From contig CAYZYT010000014.1 of NCBI GenBank assembly GCA_964482725.1, positions 1 through 61,009 of the forward strand: a stretch of DNA of 61,009 nucleotides. Reading direction: 5' to 3'. The first letter of the stretch is position 1. Each line of letters starts with the position of its first letter. The DNA comes from an uncultured bacterium. Lineage in GTDB: Bacteria; Omnitrophota; Omnitrophia; Omnitrophales; Aquincolibacteriaceae. Of this stretch, positions 28,610-40,100 are shown piece after piece. The notes under the pieces were generated by a model that saw only the letters and a list, made by a program, of their open reading frames with translations, made no database searches and had not been told where the DNA came from. A program made the position numbers and the translations under genes.

Positions 28610-28903
28610 ATGGAGATTCTTTACAAGATCAGTTCCTGGGCAGGGGCAATCCTCCCCCTCTTCAATATCCCGCTCATCCTCCGGATCGTCAAAAGAAAAT
28701 CGGCGGATGATATCAGTCTTGTGTGGGTTTTCGGAGTCTGGATCTGTATCCTCCTGATGTCTCCGGCGGCCCTGACCTCGCCGGATTTCGCGTTCCGCGC
28801 TTTCGGCTGGACCAACTTCTTTTTCTTCACCGGCGTTGTTGCCGTGACGGTAAAGTATCATCACAAAATGGGGGGAAAGGGGAACGGTCCCCGGGGAACG
28901 TAA
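28610..28903 (+). CDS. Small 3-TM membrane protein, PQ-loop/SemiSWEET-like
   Basis: It has three hydrophobic helices. LPLFNIPLILRIVKRKSADDISL resembles the PQ-loop motif. Confidence 0.45.
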   Translation: MEILYKISSWAGAILPLFNIPLILRIVKRKSADDISLVWVFGVWICILLMSPAALTSPDFAFRAFGWTNFFFFTGVVAVTVKYHHKMGGKGNGPRGT

Positions 28904-28941
28904 AGCTTTTTCGTTCGCCGTTTCCCGTTCACCGTTACCCG
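28869..28941. repeat. Hairpin element (GGGGAA/AACG words); the left arm encodes the C-terminal tail of the 28610..28903 product
   Basis: GGGGGGAAAGGGGAACGGTCCCCGGGGAACG-TAAAGCTTTTT-CGTTCGCCGTTTCCCGTTCACCGTTACCCG. Confidence 0.5.
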
Positions 28942-28953
28942 AGCTTTTAAAAC

Positions 28954-29310
28954 ATGCATCCCACCTATAAAAGAATGCTCGTGGGGCTTGAGAGGAAAAA
29001 GAAAACTTCTCGCTCCCCCAAAAAGCCTTCCGGCAAATGGTCTCTTTATATCTTGAAATGTTGCGACGGGTCTTTTTACACCGGCATCACCAACAACCTC
29101 GAGCGACGATTCAAAATGCATCAGGCAGGCAAAGCCTCCCGGTACACCCGTTCCCATGGCCCTGTGGAGATGCTCTATTCGGAAAAATGCGGCGACCGGT
29201 CAAGCGCTCTGATCCGGGAATGTGAAGTCAAAGAATGGCCGCGCGTTAAGAAGGAGAAGCTGATCTCAGGCGAAAAACCCTTTTTGAAGAGAAGAAAGCA
29301 GGAAAAATAA
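28954..29310 (+). CDS. GIY-YIG nuclease family protein (UPF0213-like)
   Basis: WSLYILKCCDGSFYTGITNNLERRFKMH...GKASRYT. Confidence 0.8.
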   Translation: MHPTYKRMLVGLERKKKTSRSPKKPSGKWSLYILKCCDGSFYTGITNNLERRFKMHQAGKASRYTRSHGPVEMLYSEKCGDRSSALIRECEVKEWPRVKKEKLISGEKPFLKRRKQEK

Positions 29311-29316
29311 ACTGCG

Positions 29317-29395
29317 CATGTAGTAGGTCGTATGTCGTTATAACGCCCAACACTTTTGCCACATACTACATACCACCTACGACATACGACATACG
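29317..29395. repeat. Hairpin element, GTATGTCG/GTAGGTCG-word family
   Basis: CATGTAGTAGGTCGTATGTCGT ... ACATACTACATACCACCTACGACATACGACATACG. Confidence 0.7.
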
Positions 29396-29398
29396 TTT

Positions 29399-29998
29399 TT
29401 AGTTTAATTGATCTTCCAGCTTCGTGGTGAGTGCATCGATCTGCTTTAAAAGATAGTCCGGCACCAGGTCCTCTTCCTCGAGCTGAGTCTTTGCGGAATT
29501 AAGAAAACCGATCAGCCTTCTGAGAATAGAGCCCCGCTTTTGATCCTTGAGTTCCGGCGTGTCCTTCGGCGCATGCGTCTCGAGGATCTTTTTCACCTGC
29601 GCCCGGGCTTCCTTGACTTCTTTGCCTTCATTCAGGATGTCATTGCGAAGTTCTGCGAATTCGTTGGTGGGGATATTCTTATTGTTCTTGGCGAGCCGAA
29701 GCACGTTCACGGCCTCATAATCGGGGATCTTCTTCGGCGTTTCGTCTTCGGTGTAATCGGGCTTTACGATCCGAGGCTCTTCTTTTTCGAGGAAAGAATA
29801 GGACTTGATCAGCTTGGAGGCCGTCGCTTCCCGGATGCTCAGTTCTTTCTGGCAATAGGTCTCAAACGCCTGATAGCCCCATTCCTTATAAAGCTTGTTC
29901 TTATAAATAGAGAAAAGGTGCTGGCCGAGCTGGATCCAGCTCGCTTTGTGATGCTTGGCAATTTCTACGGTCTTTTCGCGCAACTCTTCGTTACTCAT
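29399..29998 (-). CDS. Hypothetical protein (199 aa, helical, possible HTH)
   Basis: The ORF has plausible coding character. WGYQAFETYCQKELSIREATASKLIKSY looks HTH-like. No family was recognised. Confidence 0.55.
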   Translation of the reverse strand: MSNEELREKTVEIAKHHKASWIQLGQHLFSIYKNKLYKEWGYQAFETYCQKELSIREATASKLIKSYSFLEKEEPRIVKPDYTEDETPKKIPDYEAVNVLRLAKNNKNIPTNEFAELRNDILNEGKEVKEARAQVKKILETHAPKDTPELKDQKRGSILRRLIGFLNSAKTQLEEEDLVPDYLLKQIDALTTKLEDQLN

Positions 29999-30014
29999 AA
30001 ATCCTTTCGTAAAT

Positions 30015-30090
30015 CGTATGTCGTAGGTCGCATGTAGTATGTAGCAAAATCGTTAAACGCTTTATCGACATACTACAGACCACATACTTG
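30015..30090. repeat. Hairpin element, GTATGTCG/GTAGGTCG-word family
   Basis: CGTATGTCGTAGGTCGCATGTAGTATGTAG ... CGACATACTACAGACCACATACTTG. Confidence 0.7.
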
Positions 30091-30091
30091 A

Positions 30092-30997
30092 TTAAACAAA
30101 TTCCAGCTTCACCTTTTTGGGAATAATATCGTGTTCATAAGCCATATCGAGCAACTTCCGGAACCCCGCTTCCCCGTCTTTGCCGATATCAACCGTTCGG
30201 GCATTCACATACATGGCAACGAACCGGTCATTTAAAGCGTCCGAGATCCCGCGGCCGAATTGGCTCGCGTATTCTAGGGCATCCTTCCGATGGTTCAAGG
30301 CATATTCGATGCTTTCTTGAAAGAGTTTGGAGAATGCCGCAATCGTCTCCTGGCCTAAGTCACGCCGAATGATATCGATCCCCAGCGGGAGCGGAAGCTT
30401 CGTCTTTTCATACCACCACTCGCCAAGATCCAAGACTTTCTCTAGCCCATGATCAGCATGCGTGATCTGTCCTTCGTGGATCACGAGCCCAAAATCGGCT
30501 TCGCCGGACTTGACCGCATCAAATATTTTGTCGAAGGGAACAAATATAGCTTCAAAAGACGGGGGAAGGATGGAGGAGGGAGGATGGAGTTCTTGGCTTT
30601 TCGCATAAAGCTGTAAAACAAGATAGGCCGTTGTAAGCTTGCCTGGAATGGCTATCCTTTTTTGAATGATGTCCGGTTTGTCGCCCTCCGCCTTCCCCCA
30701 TCCACCATCCGTTTTTTTCGCTACCAGAATCGGCCCATAATTGTCGCCCACACTCGCCCCTGACCGCATCACGACATATTGATCCGCCAGATAAGCATAC
30801 GCATGGCAGGAAACGGCCGTGACCTCCAGCTCACCTTTCAGCGCACGCTGATTTAGAGATTCGATGTCCTCGATCACATGCTCCACTTTAAAGCCGCGCA
30901 TATCGATCTTCTCATGCGCCAAGGCATAGAACATGAATGCGTCGTCGGGATCAGGACTGTGGCCTATACGGATCGGGATTGTTTTTGACGGAGTCAT
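30092..30997 (-). CDS. mqnD: Menaquinone (futalosine pathway) MqnA/MqnD-family protein, MqnD-like
   Basis: IGHSPDPDDAFMFYALAHEKID, IAIPGKLTTAYLVLQLY, VIHEGQITHADHGL, LDLGEWWYEKTKLPLPLG. Confidence 0.7.
   Translation of the reverse strand: MTPSKTIPIRIGHSPDPDDAFMFYALAHEKIDMRGFKVEHVIEDIESLNQRALKGELEVTAVSCHAYAYLADQYVVMRSGASVGDNYGPILVAKKTDGGWGKAEGDKPDIIQKRIAIPGKLTTAYLVLQLYAKSQELHPPSSILPPSFEAIFVPFDKIFDAVKSGEADFGLVIHEGQITHADHGLEKVLDLGEWWYEKTKLPLPLGIDIIRRDLGQETIAAFSKLFQESIEYALNHRKDALEYASQFGRGISDALNDRFVAMYVNARTVDIGKDGEAGFRKLLDMAYEHDIIPKKVKLEFV
30561..30589. repeat. GGATGG-family arm inside the mqnD-like gene (encodes LHPPSSILPPS)
   Basis: GGGGGAAGGATGGAGGAGGGAGGATGGAG. Confidence 0.6.
30683..30711. 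repeat. GGATGG-family complementary arm inside the mqnD-like gene (encodes DGGWGKAEG)
   Basis: GCCCTCCGCCTTCCCCCATCCACCATCCG. Confidence 0.6.
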
Positions 30998-31026
30998 AAG
31001 AGCGGGGATTATAGCGCAATCCCGAT

Positions 31027-31096
31027 CCGCGGGAAACGGGAAACGCGGAACGATAAACGGCTTGCGTTCACCGTTAACCGAGAAACGCTCCCCGTG
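31027..31096. repeat. Imperfect hairpin element (GGAAACG words) just downstream of the giant gene's stop
   Basis: CCGCGGGAAACGGGAAACGCGGAACGATAAACGG-CTTG-CGTTCACCGTTAACCGAGAAACGCTCCCCGTGG. Confidence 0.5.
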
Positions 31097-31105
31097 GAAG
31101 TCGGC

Positions 31106-34100
31106 TTACGCAGAACGCGCCGTCGCAAGATACTGATCGCGCATTTGCGTGACGATCTCGCTGACACCGGCGACGTTCAGGAAGCGTTGGAATCTCTCCG
31201 GCGTCACGATCGCATCTCCGTACGTTTTGAGAAGCTCGGCCGCCTGCAAGCTCTTCTCCCCGAAATAAACCATCGCTTTGACATTCAACGTCCCGGCGCC
31301 GGAATTGCGGCTACGGACGGCCTTGCCAAGAAGGCTTCTTGCTTCATCCAGACCGCTCGCGGGCAGCAGGAGCGGCCGGTTCGCTTGACGGAGCTGCCCA
31401 TTGATCTTCTCGAGAAAACTCCGGTCCGCTTCATTGCGTACCAGGACAGCGACCGGCACATCTCCGAGGATCTTCCGGATCACAAGCGCCGCGCCGTGCT
31501 CGATGGCAAATTCGGGGGCAAGCACCAGCACATCGGACGCCGTCAGAGTCTTGTCGCGGAGGAGGACCTTCGCGGCATCGGCAAAACGCTTCTGTTCCTG
31601 AGCGGTTGCTGGCACCGCCAGGTTAAACGCTTCCTGGGCAAAGGCCGTCGGAACAAGGGCGTTGATAACAAGTGTCACAACTGTCGCATCAAAAGTGTAC
31701 GGCACGAGCGAAATGATCCCGTCCGTGATCTTTTCCGTCACGCCGCGGAACCCTTGCATCGTCCCGCCGCCAAGACGCACATTTTCCTCGATGAACGATT
31801 GCACAGTGTAGGTCGTATTCCGTATTCCTTTTTTCGAACCCGTTGAACGTTGCCCATTGACCGAAATCCGACGGACTTCCGCTCGACCTTGGACAGGCTG
31901 AGTGATTTTGATTTCATCCACAACCCTGGCATTCAGTTCTTTTTCCAGAAGTTTCACAATCGTACGGATCTGTTCGATGTTTTTAGCAAGGAGATTTCCA
32001 GAAGCGAGCGGCTGTTCGGCCCGGAGTTTCAAGATCCGCTCCGGCGAAATCTCAAGATCGACCGAGATGGCATTTTTCAGCTGCGTTAAAAGGCCCTCAG
32101 ACCCATCCACAAAGAGTACTCCCAGGCTTGTGGAAGACACGAAGGAAAGCCGCGTCTTGATCCCGGGAGCGCCCTGCGGGAAAGGAGTTCCCTCATCTCC
32201 GATCTCCTGTACCCCGAACGGCCTGAGAAACTCTGCGCGGGTCTTTTCATCTTTATTTCCACGCACTTCCGCGCGAGAAGGGCGCACGGGCCGGAGGGCT
32301 TTGCTGATGCGCAAAGCCTCCTTGGCGATCGCCTCGGATTTAGCGTGAAGCCGAAGCCCGATCAACTGGCCGATCACATACGTCGCAAGGGCTGGATTGG
32401 CCTTGGAAGCTTCAATCAATTGATCATTTTCGGCCGTGGCGATCACTCCGTCGCGGAGCGCCTTCAGCGTCCCCCGGGCAGACGCTTTGAGCGCCTCAAA
32501 GGTTGCAGCCCGCACTTCGGAGCGAGCGCTCTCATTACCCGAGCCTTCGACGAGAGGGTTCCCAAGACGCACCGGCCGTATTTCCAGAATCTGAAATCGG
32601 TAATTATGTTGATCGATCCCGGAGCGATCCTTCTGGGCCAGGAGCGGAATACCCATATGCCATTTTTCACGATAAAGTTTTTCCCCTGAAGGAACCGCTG
32701 GATAAAAATATCCCAAAAGATAATCAAAAACCTGGTATTCGGCATCCTGAGAGTTTTGGATCCCGAGATTCTGAACATCGAGAAGCCGGAACCATGCTTT
32801 TCCGTCTGCGGGGTCATACGGCCCTTCCGAAAAATGGATCGGGACCACCATGTGGGGCATGGGCTTCCCCGGCAGACTTCTTGAGATGATCATGGCGCTT
32901 TCACGATCCACGCGGTGGAACCAAACCTTCCCTTCAGAAAAAAGACTCTTTAAAACAGGGAGATGGACGATCGCCTCTAATCTAGTATAGACATCTTCAT
33001 TCCAGGGCCTCATTTTTGAGAGAAGCGCCGGGGAAAGCACGGTCACAAAAGCCATCACGGCGGGCACGCCTCCCGGGCTGAAACGCGCCTCAGCCTGTTC
33101 TTTGGAAAGGCCGGCCACAACGCTTAACAATCTCTCCAGACGCTCCGGAGACTCGAGACCTTCTTTGATCTTTTGGGACAAGAGTCCGGTCACAGGTTTC
33201 CCTTCACTTACAAACCGCCCGCGGGTTAACGCTTCGAGGTAACTCAAGATATCATTTTTCAGCCTTGTCTCTTTTTCTTCAGATTTTGTCCCCGTGTCCA
33301 CCAACCGAAGAATCTGAACGCCCGGGAAAGGCACTCCGACCGAGGTCGTTTCCATCATTTTCCAAAGAGCCTGGTTTCCGTACCCCTCCCTTGTGATCAC
33401 ATTTCTTAATTCATAGATGCGGGCATCTTCCAAAATCGCTTGATCCCCCAAGATCTCCGCGAAGGCTTCGCGCCCATAGAAAGCACCCCAGGCCTTTTCC
33501 GCTCGCTCCGCGCCGTAACCGAATTCTCCGAGATTGAGCGCCACCATGTACTTCTGGCCCTTCACATCCACGGCATAACCCTGGACCTTCTTTGTGATCG
33601 AATCAAAAGGAACCGCGGTCGAATCAAAATGACGGGCAAGATTCTCGCGAACTACCGGCTGGTTGAGGATCGTCTCGAGTCCAAGATCCTGTGTTTCAAC
33701 ATAATTGTTAAACAGCGCCACCGAAACCTGGACCGTAAGCTTTTCAATGATCTCGAGCGCCTCAAGGTTCCACTGGATCTTTTCGTAGACGCTCTCTGCG
33801 GCTTGGGCGCGCCGGTCAAGCTCCTGGATCTTTGTGATCACAGGGGCCAGCGGCACATCAAACCCCGATAGAAATTCGTTCAGATAGGCAAAAAGATCCC
33901 CTTGCTTGACATGATGCGCGAGACTTAAAAAACCTTCTTTTTCTTTCATCCGGATCTCGCGGAAACCTTCGACGAAACCCAGAATGCCGCGCAGACGTCG
34001 CCCGGCCGACAAGGGTTGAGAATCATCGTCTTTCAGCCAGGTAAATTCCGGTCCCCGTGAGGCTAAAGACTTTGAAAGAAATGCTTTCACCTCGTCCGGA

Positions 34101-37100
34101 GAAAGCTTGAGACCTTCAAAGATCGCGTTCTCTTCTTCCGCGACCCGAATCGTTTCTTCCCACAGTTTGATATGCGCGCGGGCCTGCCCTTTTTCCATAT
34201 CCACCCTGGGAGAAGATTCCAAGATTGAGAATTGAAGATCGCGCCGGCTCCGCGGATCCTGATACCGTTCACGCAGGTCCATGAGCGCCTTGACCAGAGA
34301 ATCGGCTGAAGGCCTGCGCCCGCCCCCTTGCTGCGTGCTGATCTCACGATCATTGTATTCCACAAGGAATCCATTGGTGATCTTCCACTCCCCGGTCCTC
34401 AATTTCGCCACAAGTTGATCGTGCGTTACGTTATCTTTAAAAACATCCATCTCCCGGCCGGTCTTTACTTCCACGATCGTAAAAAGTTCCGGCATGGCCC
34501 CGCCCCAAACTCCGATCAAAGCCGCCATGTTGGTCACCGCTTTCATCATGCTCGTGGCCGAAGCTTCTAAAAACTCATCGGACAGCATGACGGTCGCGGA
34601 AACACCCCGGAAGATCACCGCGGCATCTTGGATGTTGTAATTTTCAATAGCAACAATCTGCTTCTCAAGCCCGAGCAATTTCACAAGTCTCTGGATCTCG
34701 ACAAACATGTTGTGCGCATCTTCGCCAAACTCCCTGCCACCGATCACGATTCGCGCGGCGCTTGCTTTAAATTTTTCAAGTGCGGCGGGATCTCGTGACA
34801 GATTGATGAGGATTTCCAGCCATTTGTCCGGCCCCTTGTACGACACTTGTCGCCGGATGTTTGAAACAATGGGGTTTTTGAGAAGGCTTTCTTTCAACGC
34901 TTCCATGCCCGGCATAGCCTGGAACGCTTCCCACGCTTTTTCATCCCGCAACGCTTCGGTCATAAACCTTTCATAATCCTGAATAAGCTGAATATCGCTG
35001 ACCCCGATGCTTTCCCGGTCTTTCCTGTAACCCGCGATCACTTCATCGATCCATGCGCTGTAGCCTTGTTCTTCCTTGAGCCAGAGCAGGGCCCTCGCAA
35101 TATCCGCCGCCCTGACATGCTCCGCCTTTCTTTGAAACTGGTCTAAAAACCCAGCGTTCGTCTCTTTTCGCAGCGCCCGAAAGACGTCTTCGTCGGACGC
35201 TTCTGGCGAAAGCCCCAGTTTTTCTTTATATTGTTCGATCAATCCTCTCAGGAGGGGCGCCTGCCACTGCTCCAGAAGAACGCCGTTCGTATTACGCATC
35301 CCTTGGTGGTTATACCCCTGCAATTTATTGATGAACGTCGGGACGATCTCACGTGCCAGCACCGGCGTATGTTCATAAAGCCCGACGCCTGTGATCACGT
35401 GGGAAGAAAGCCCGACCGCATCCACAATGTTGATCTTGCCGTTCTTGGTGATATAGCGGCGAAGCACTTCGGGATAACCCAGCATCTCATACGAGGCTTC
35501 ATCTGGGGTGTAAAGGCCCGGACGAAACACGGTGTGATTGATGTGATGATGGATCGCCTCCGGGAAAAGAGGCGTCGGCGTACTCACAAAAACCTCGTTA
35601 TCCACAAAAAGGATCTTTTTCTTGGCAAGGCCCTTCTCCTGAAGTTGCTTGACCAGATATTGGGTGGACCAGCCATAAACAGCCATGTGAACATCGCGCC
35701 AGAGATTGGATTTCCCTTGGACGTCCGGATACACCTCATCAAAAATATGGACCTTCTCGTCGTTCTCATTCTTATACCAGGCGTCGATGTAATAGTTCGA
35801 CATCTCTCCAAAGTGGGTCTCCGTTTTATAAACGTCTACCTGGATCTTTTTTCCGAGGATCCTCTTGGCATGATAGTGGTCCTGATCGACCGCTTTTCTT
35901 CGGAAATCATCACCGACATCGAGCTCGAAAGAAAATCCGAGGCTTTTGTCGCGGGTCAAAACGCCGCGCAAATAATCTCCTAGGGTCCTGCGCCCATTCA
36001 CAACTTCCTCCGGCAATCCCTTGGCAAACTTTTGTCCTTTAATCGTTTCGTAGATCACATTGACGGCCATAATGTCCTTCACCGTTTTCCCGCCTTGAAG
36101 CCCGAAATTTTTCGCCCAGGCCCCGAAAAGATCATGCATCAAAGCCCCCAGTCCGCCTGTCAGTGTTGTCTCCGCCACAAGCCCAACATAACGGCGAACA
36201 TTCTTCGCTGAGGTCGCAAACCGCTTCCCGAGGTTTTTGTTCAGAGCCTCCAAAAGGGTCCGATCGAGCCCGGCTTCAAGCTGACGACTGACCACGGTGT
36301 AATTTTTTAGCGGGGAGTTCTCCGCAACATAATTCCTCAGCTCTGACCGCCCTGAAATTTGAGCCCTCTCCCGGTCTAGTTTTGAGACTTGCGAAAAAAT
36401 ATCCGAAAAAATTTGAGCGTCTTGTTTGTTGATTTCTTGGAAGAACTCCAGCGAGGTCCGGAAATTTAGCGCGGATTGATTCAGGGCGGCAACGGCGTCC
36501 AGCATGCCGTCATAGATCGCCTGAAAGCGCTCCGCTTGTCTGGGATCGATATCTTTAAATCCCTCCCTCACACTCAAAGCGAGCTTTAAATGTCTTTTAG
36601 CATCCCCCAGCTTGAGAACGACCTGATTAAATTCATGGTTCGCGACCAAAACTTCCATAGCTTCACGCTGTTGCGCGCGGATCTCTTCTGTTCGCAAGCC
36701 CTCCGAAGAATCTTTCCCGGCAGGGGCCCCCAACCTTGATTCGGAACGGGACGTCGTCTTTTCGGCCATAAGACCGTCCACGATATGATGCTTAGCCGCT
36801 TTCATATCAGCGAGGAGCTCCCCGAGCGAGGCGTCTGGCTTTATATCCTTGAGGATCGCATAGGCTTTCGCCAGCCCCGGGTTCATGGAACCATCCCCTT
36901 GCCCCGCCGCACCTCGGGCAAGAGCCCCTCTCAACACAGCACCTATTTGAAGGGCGGATCCCAGCTCCATCTTGAGATAATCGATAAGAACAACATCCCC
37001 GCTCCGGGTAAGAATAATATTGGGGCCCTTCAAATCCCACCGAGGAAGGCCCATTTCTTCCAGAACTTCAACCGCCTCCGTAGTCCTGATAAGCACATTC

Positions 37101-40100
37101 AAAACACCATTAAGATACTGAGCGGGATGAGCGGCATGGGTCTTCTCAATAAACTGTTCAAGATCCATTCCGGGGATATACGGATAAACGATATAGCGGG
37201 GCTCGCCTTCGAGGACTTTATCTCTGTCCGGACGGAAAACGAACGGATCATAAACTTTCACATGGATCCCCTTCTCGTCCAGGATCTGATTGATCTTGTG
37301 TTCGCCCGAAATGTTTTGAGGCCTGGCAACACTCAGAAGCTCGTCATTAGAATCCACTTCCTGCTCTTCCTTATGTTCGTCCTGGTAGATTTTAAGAACG
37401 AAGACTTGCCCGGTCGGATCGTCCTTGATCGTTGTCTTATAAACTCTCGCTTGAGGGCGATCGGAATAATGCATTGTCCCCAAAAGCTGAAAAACAACGC
37501 GCTCGGGAAATCTGTCCCCCGCGATCACCGGCCGGAGCGTCAGGGTCTCTTGAGAGATTTCCCGTGCGTCCTGGTCCTCGATGTCCCACTTGGGGATCAA
37601 AGGATCCACGATCTGCGCACTGTTGACAAGCCAGCGGTGCGTTTTTTCCGGAGGAAGGTCAAAGTGAAAAGAAACAAATCCTTTTCGAACACCCGTTACG
37701 TGAAAATTTTCTCCGACGAAAAACTCCTGACCTTTTCCCCCGTCGTCAAAGGGATCCCAAAGCCAGAAATCCGCAGGCTCCCGGGTTTCTTCTTTTTCGG
37801 GGAACTGTTTGGCAAAAACCTCCGAGATCTCCGGGATGAGTTCCAGGGGGACATAAACGGTCCCATCTCGCCATTCTCGGGTTCGATTCTCGATCACAAA
37901 AAATCTTTTTTGGCGGAGCGTCCCATCCAAGGCGCTTTTGCTCTTTCCGATATAAGCTTTGACTCCCGATCGGGATTTAATCTCCAGCCCCATCCAGGGA
38001 GAAATCGCTCCAGGCTTCATGTTGGAAGGAATACCAAAAGCTAACGAAATGGCCTTCCTTTGTTCCGGGGAAAGGACTCTTGAGGCTTCATGCCTCGATT
38101 CGGAACGCGCTGCGTTTTGAGGGATCGCGCCCCAGCTCCAATCGTCGTTCACGAGATATCCGCGAACGGGCTGGCCGTTCCATACCGGGACAAGTGCCGC
38201 GGGAAATTTCTTTTCTTCGAGTTTCTGACGGAGTTCCTCTGGCGTCATGAAATCTGCCGCCCAAGGGAGCTGGATCAAAAATCCGTCATCCACAGGATAG
38301 CCGGCGGCTTCAAGCCGGACCTTCCAACGCTTTGTCTGGAGCGCGCGAGAAGTCTCGGGAGACTCGTCTTTGCCGGGAGGTTCTTTGATGGACGCGAACG
38401 TGTCTTCGTTCCCGAACGGAAAATTCGCGCCGTTGGACATCTTGTCATCACTGTTGCGCTCGAATTTCCACACCCGGACCTGCTTGACGGCCCGGCCGTT
38501 CTCATCGATGCCGTCCCATTTTTTGTCGGCCACGGAAAAATCGATCGGCCGTGTTCCGTCAAGCGGCAGCTCGATCATGCGGTAGGAAGGCATCGCGTGA
38601 GAGGTCTGGGCGCGCAATTCGGGAGAGGCCTTGGAATAATGGACCGGCATGCGCGTCCCATTTACCTCCAGGAGCTCGGAAAGTTTGTCTTTGAGCCGAT
38701 CCTTCTTCTCGATCAACCCTTCGGACATGATCGCAAAACCCTTCGGGAGCCGGATGAGTCCTTTTTTGACTTTTTCCACGAACCGGGCATGCGCTCCGAC
38801 CCAATTGACATCGAGAGGATAAAGCGGGTTATCGATATTGGAATACAGGACCGTATGGACACCAAATCCACCGAGCCAGTTCTTTGCCTCCTGAAGCTGG
38901 AGGATATAATCGAAGGCATCTCCGTGGCCGCCGCCCTGAAGTGCAAGCTTCCCTTTATCTTCCATAAGGGCTTTCCCCGTGGGATTCGCCAGCACGGGAA
39001 GGACTTTCTGCTTCACGACCTTGATCCGGTCCTTCACTCCGAACCAGTCCTGCGATTCAAAATACGCCATCGTCTCAGCCTGGGTCACATCACTCGTCAC
39101 GATGATAAGCGGGAAGATCTTCTTGTGCCCGTAGCGATTCGCAAAAGCCTTGTATTTCTTGATCATCGATCCAAAAAGCGTGTCATCGCTCAAAGGCAGT
39201 CCTTTGAAAAGCCCCTTAGCATACGGGAAATATTCGCGAAATCGGGCGCCGCTTCCGCCGGCCATCAGAATGATCCCAAAAGCCGCCTTGTCTTCTCCTG
39301 CGCCCCAGGACAAAAGGACTTCGCCGGATTTTTCGTCTTCGGGATCGTTCGCCGCCGCAAGTTCCACGGGTTTTGCCAGAGAAAGATCCAGCTCCTTCGT
39401 TTGAGGATGATCGACGAGTCTTTCTTTGAGACGCACGATCTCCGCCCAATCCACGCGCTCTACCTGATCCAGAAGCTGTTCGCGTTGGGCCGCATTGAGT
39501 TCATCCCAGAATCGGAGCACATGCTCCTGCCCGTATTTCGAGAGCGTGTCAGAAGCGGCAGAATACCGTTCTTTTTCTATTTCCTTTTGTCTCTGGAGAG
39601 CCGCCCGGAAAACCGCGAGGCCGCCCACATGCCAGATCCTCAAGCGCCCGTCCGCGGCATGCCAGACCGGGATCTTGTTTTGGCTGAAAACCTTGGCCAG
39701 TTTTTGAAGAGTTCCTTCATAGTCGGCTTGGGTCACTTTCCAGAATTGCGGCATCGTATAGATCCTGATAAGCCCCTTCAATTCGTCTCCGGTAAGGTTC
39801 CGGGCGAGCACTTCCGCAAGGTTGGGACGGTGGAAGAGACCCCGGGCCCAGGAGACCAACGGTTCCACAATGAACGCACCTGCCAGAATCCCCGTTCCCA
39901 AAACGATCGAAAAGCTGGACGCTGCAGCCTTAAGGAATTCCTCAAAGTCTCTCGCTTCAGAGCGGCGATAGGTTTGAACGATGAGAGCCGGAACTCCTGA
40001 AGTAAGAACGCCTTTTTGAACCCCGGTCCTGAACTGGACGCCCGCCGGGAACATGATCGGCCGGAATGCATCTTTAATAGCCCGTCTTTCATGCCCCGCA

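Noticed and set aside
28954-29310. The GIY-YIG gene as a homing endonuclease or mobile element
   Set aside because: At 118 aa it is a stand-alone UPF0213-type GIY-YIG protein with no associated intron, intein or target duplication visible. I treat it as an ordinary small nuclease gene.
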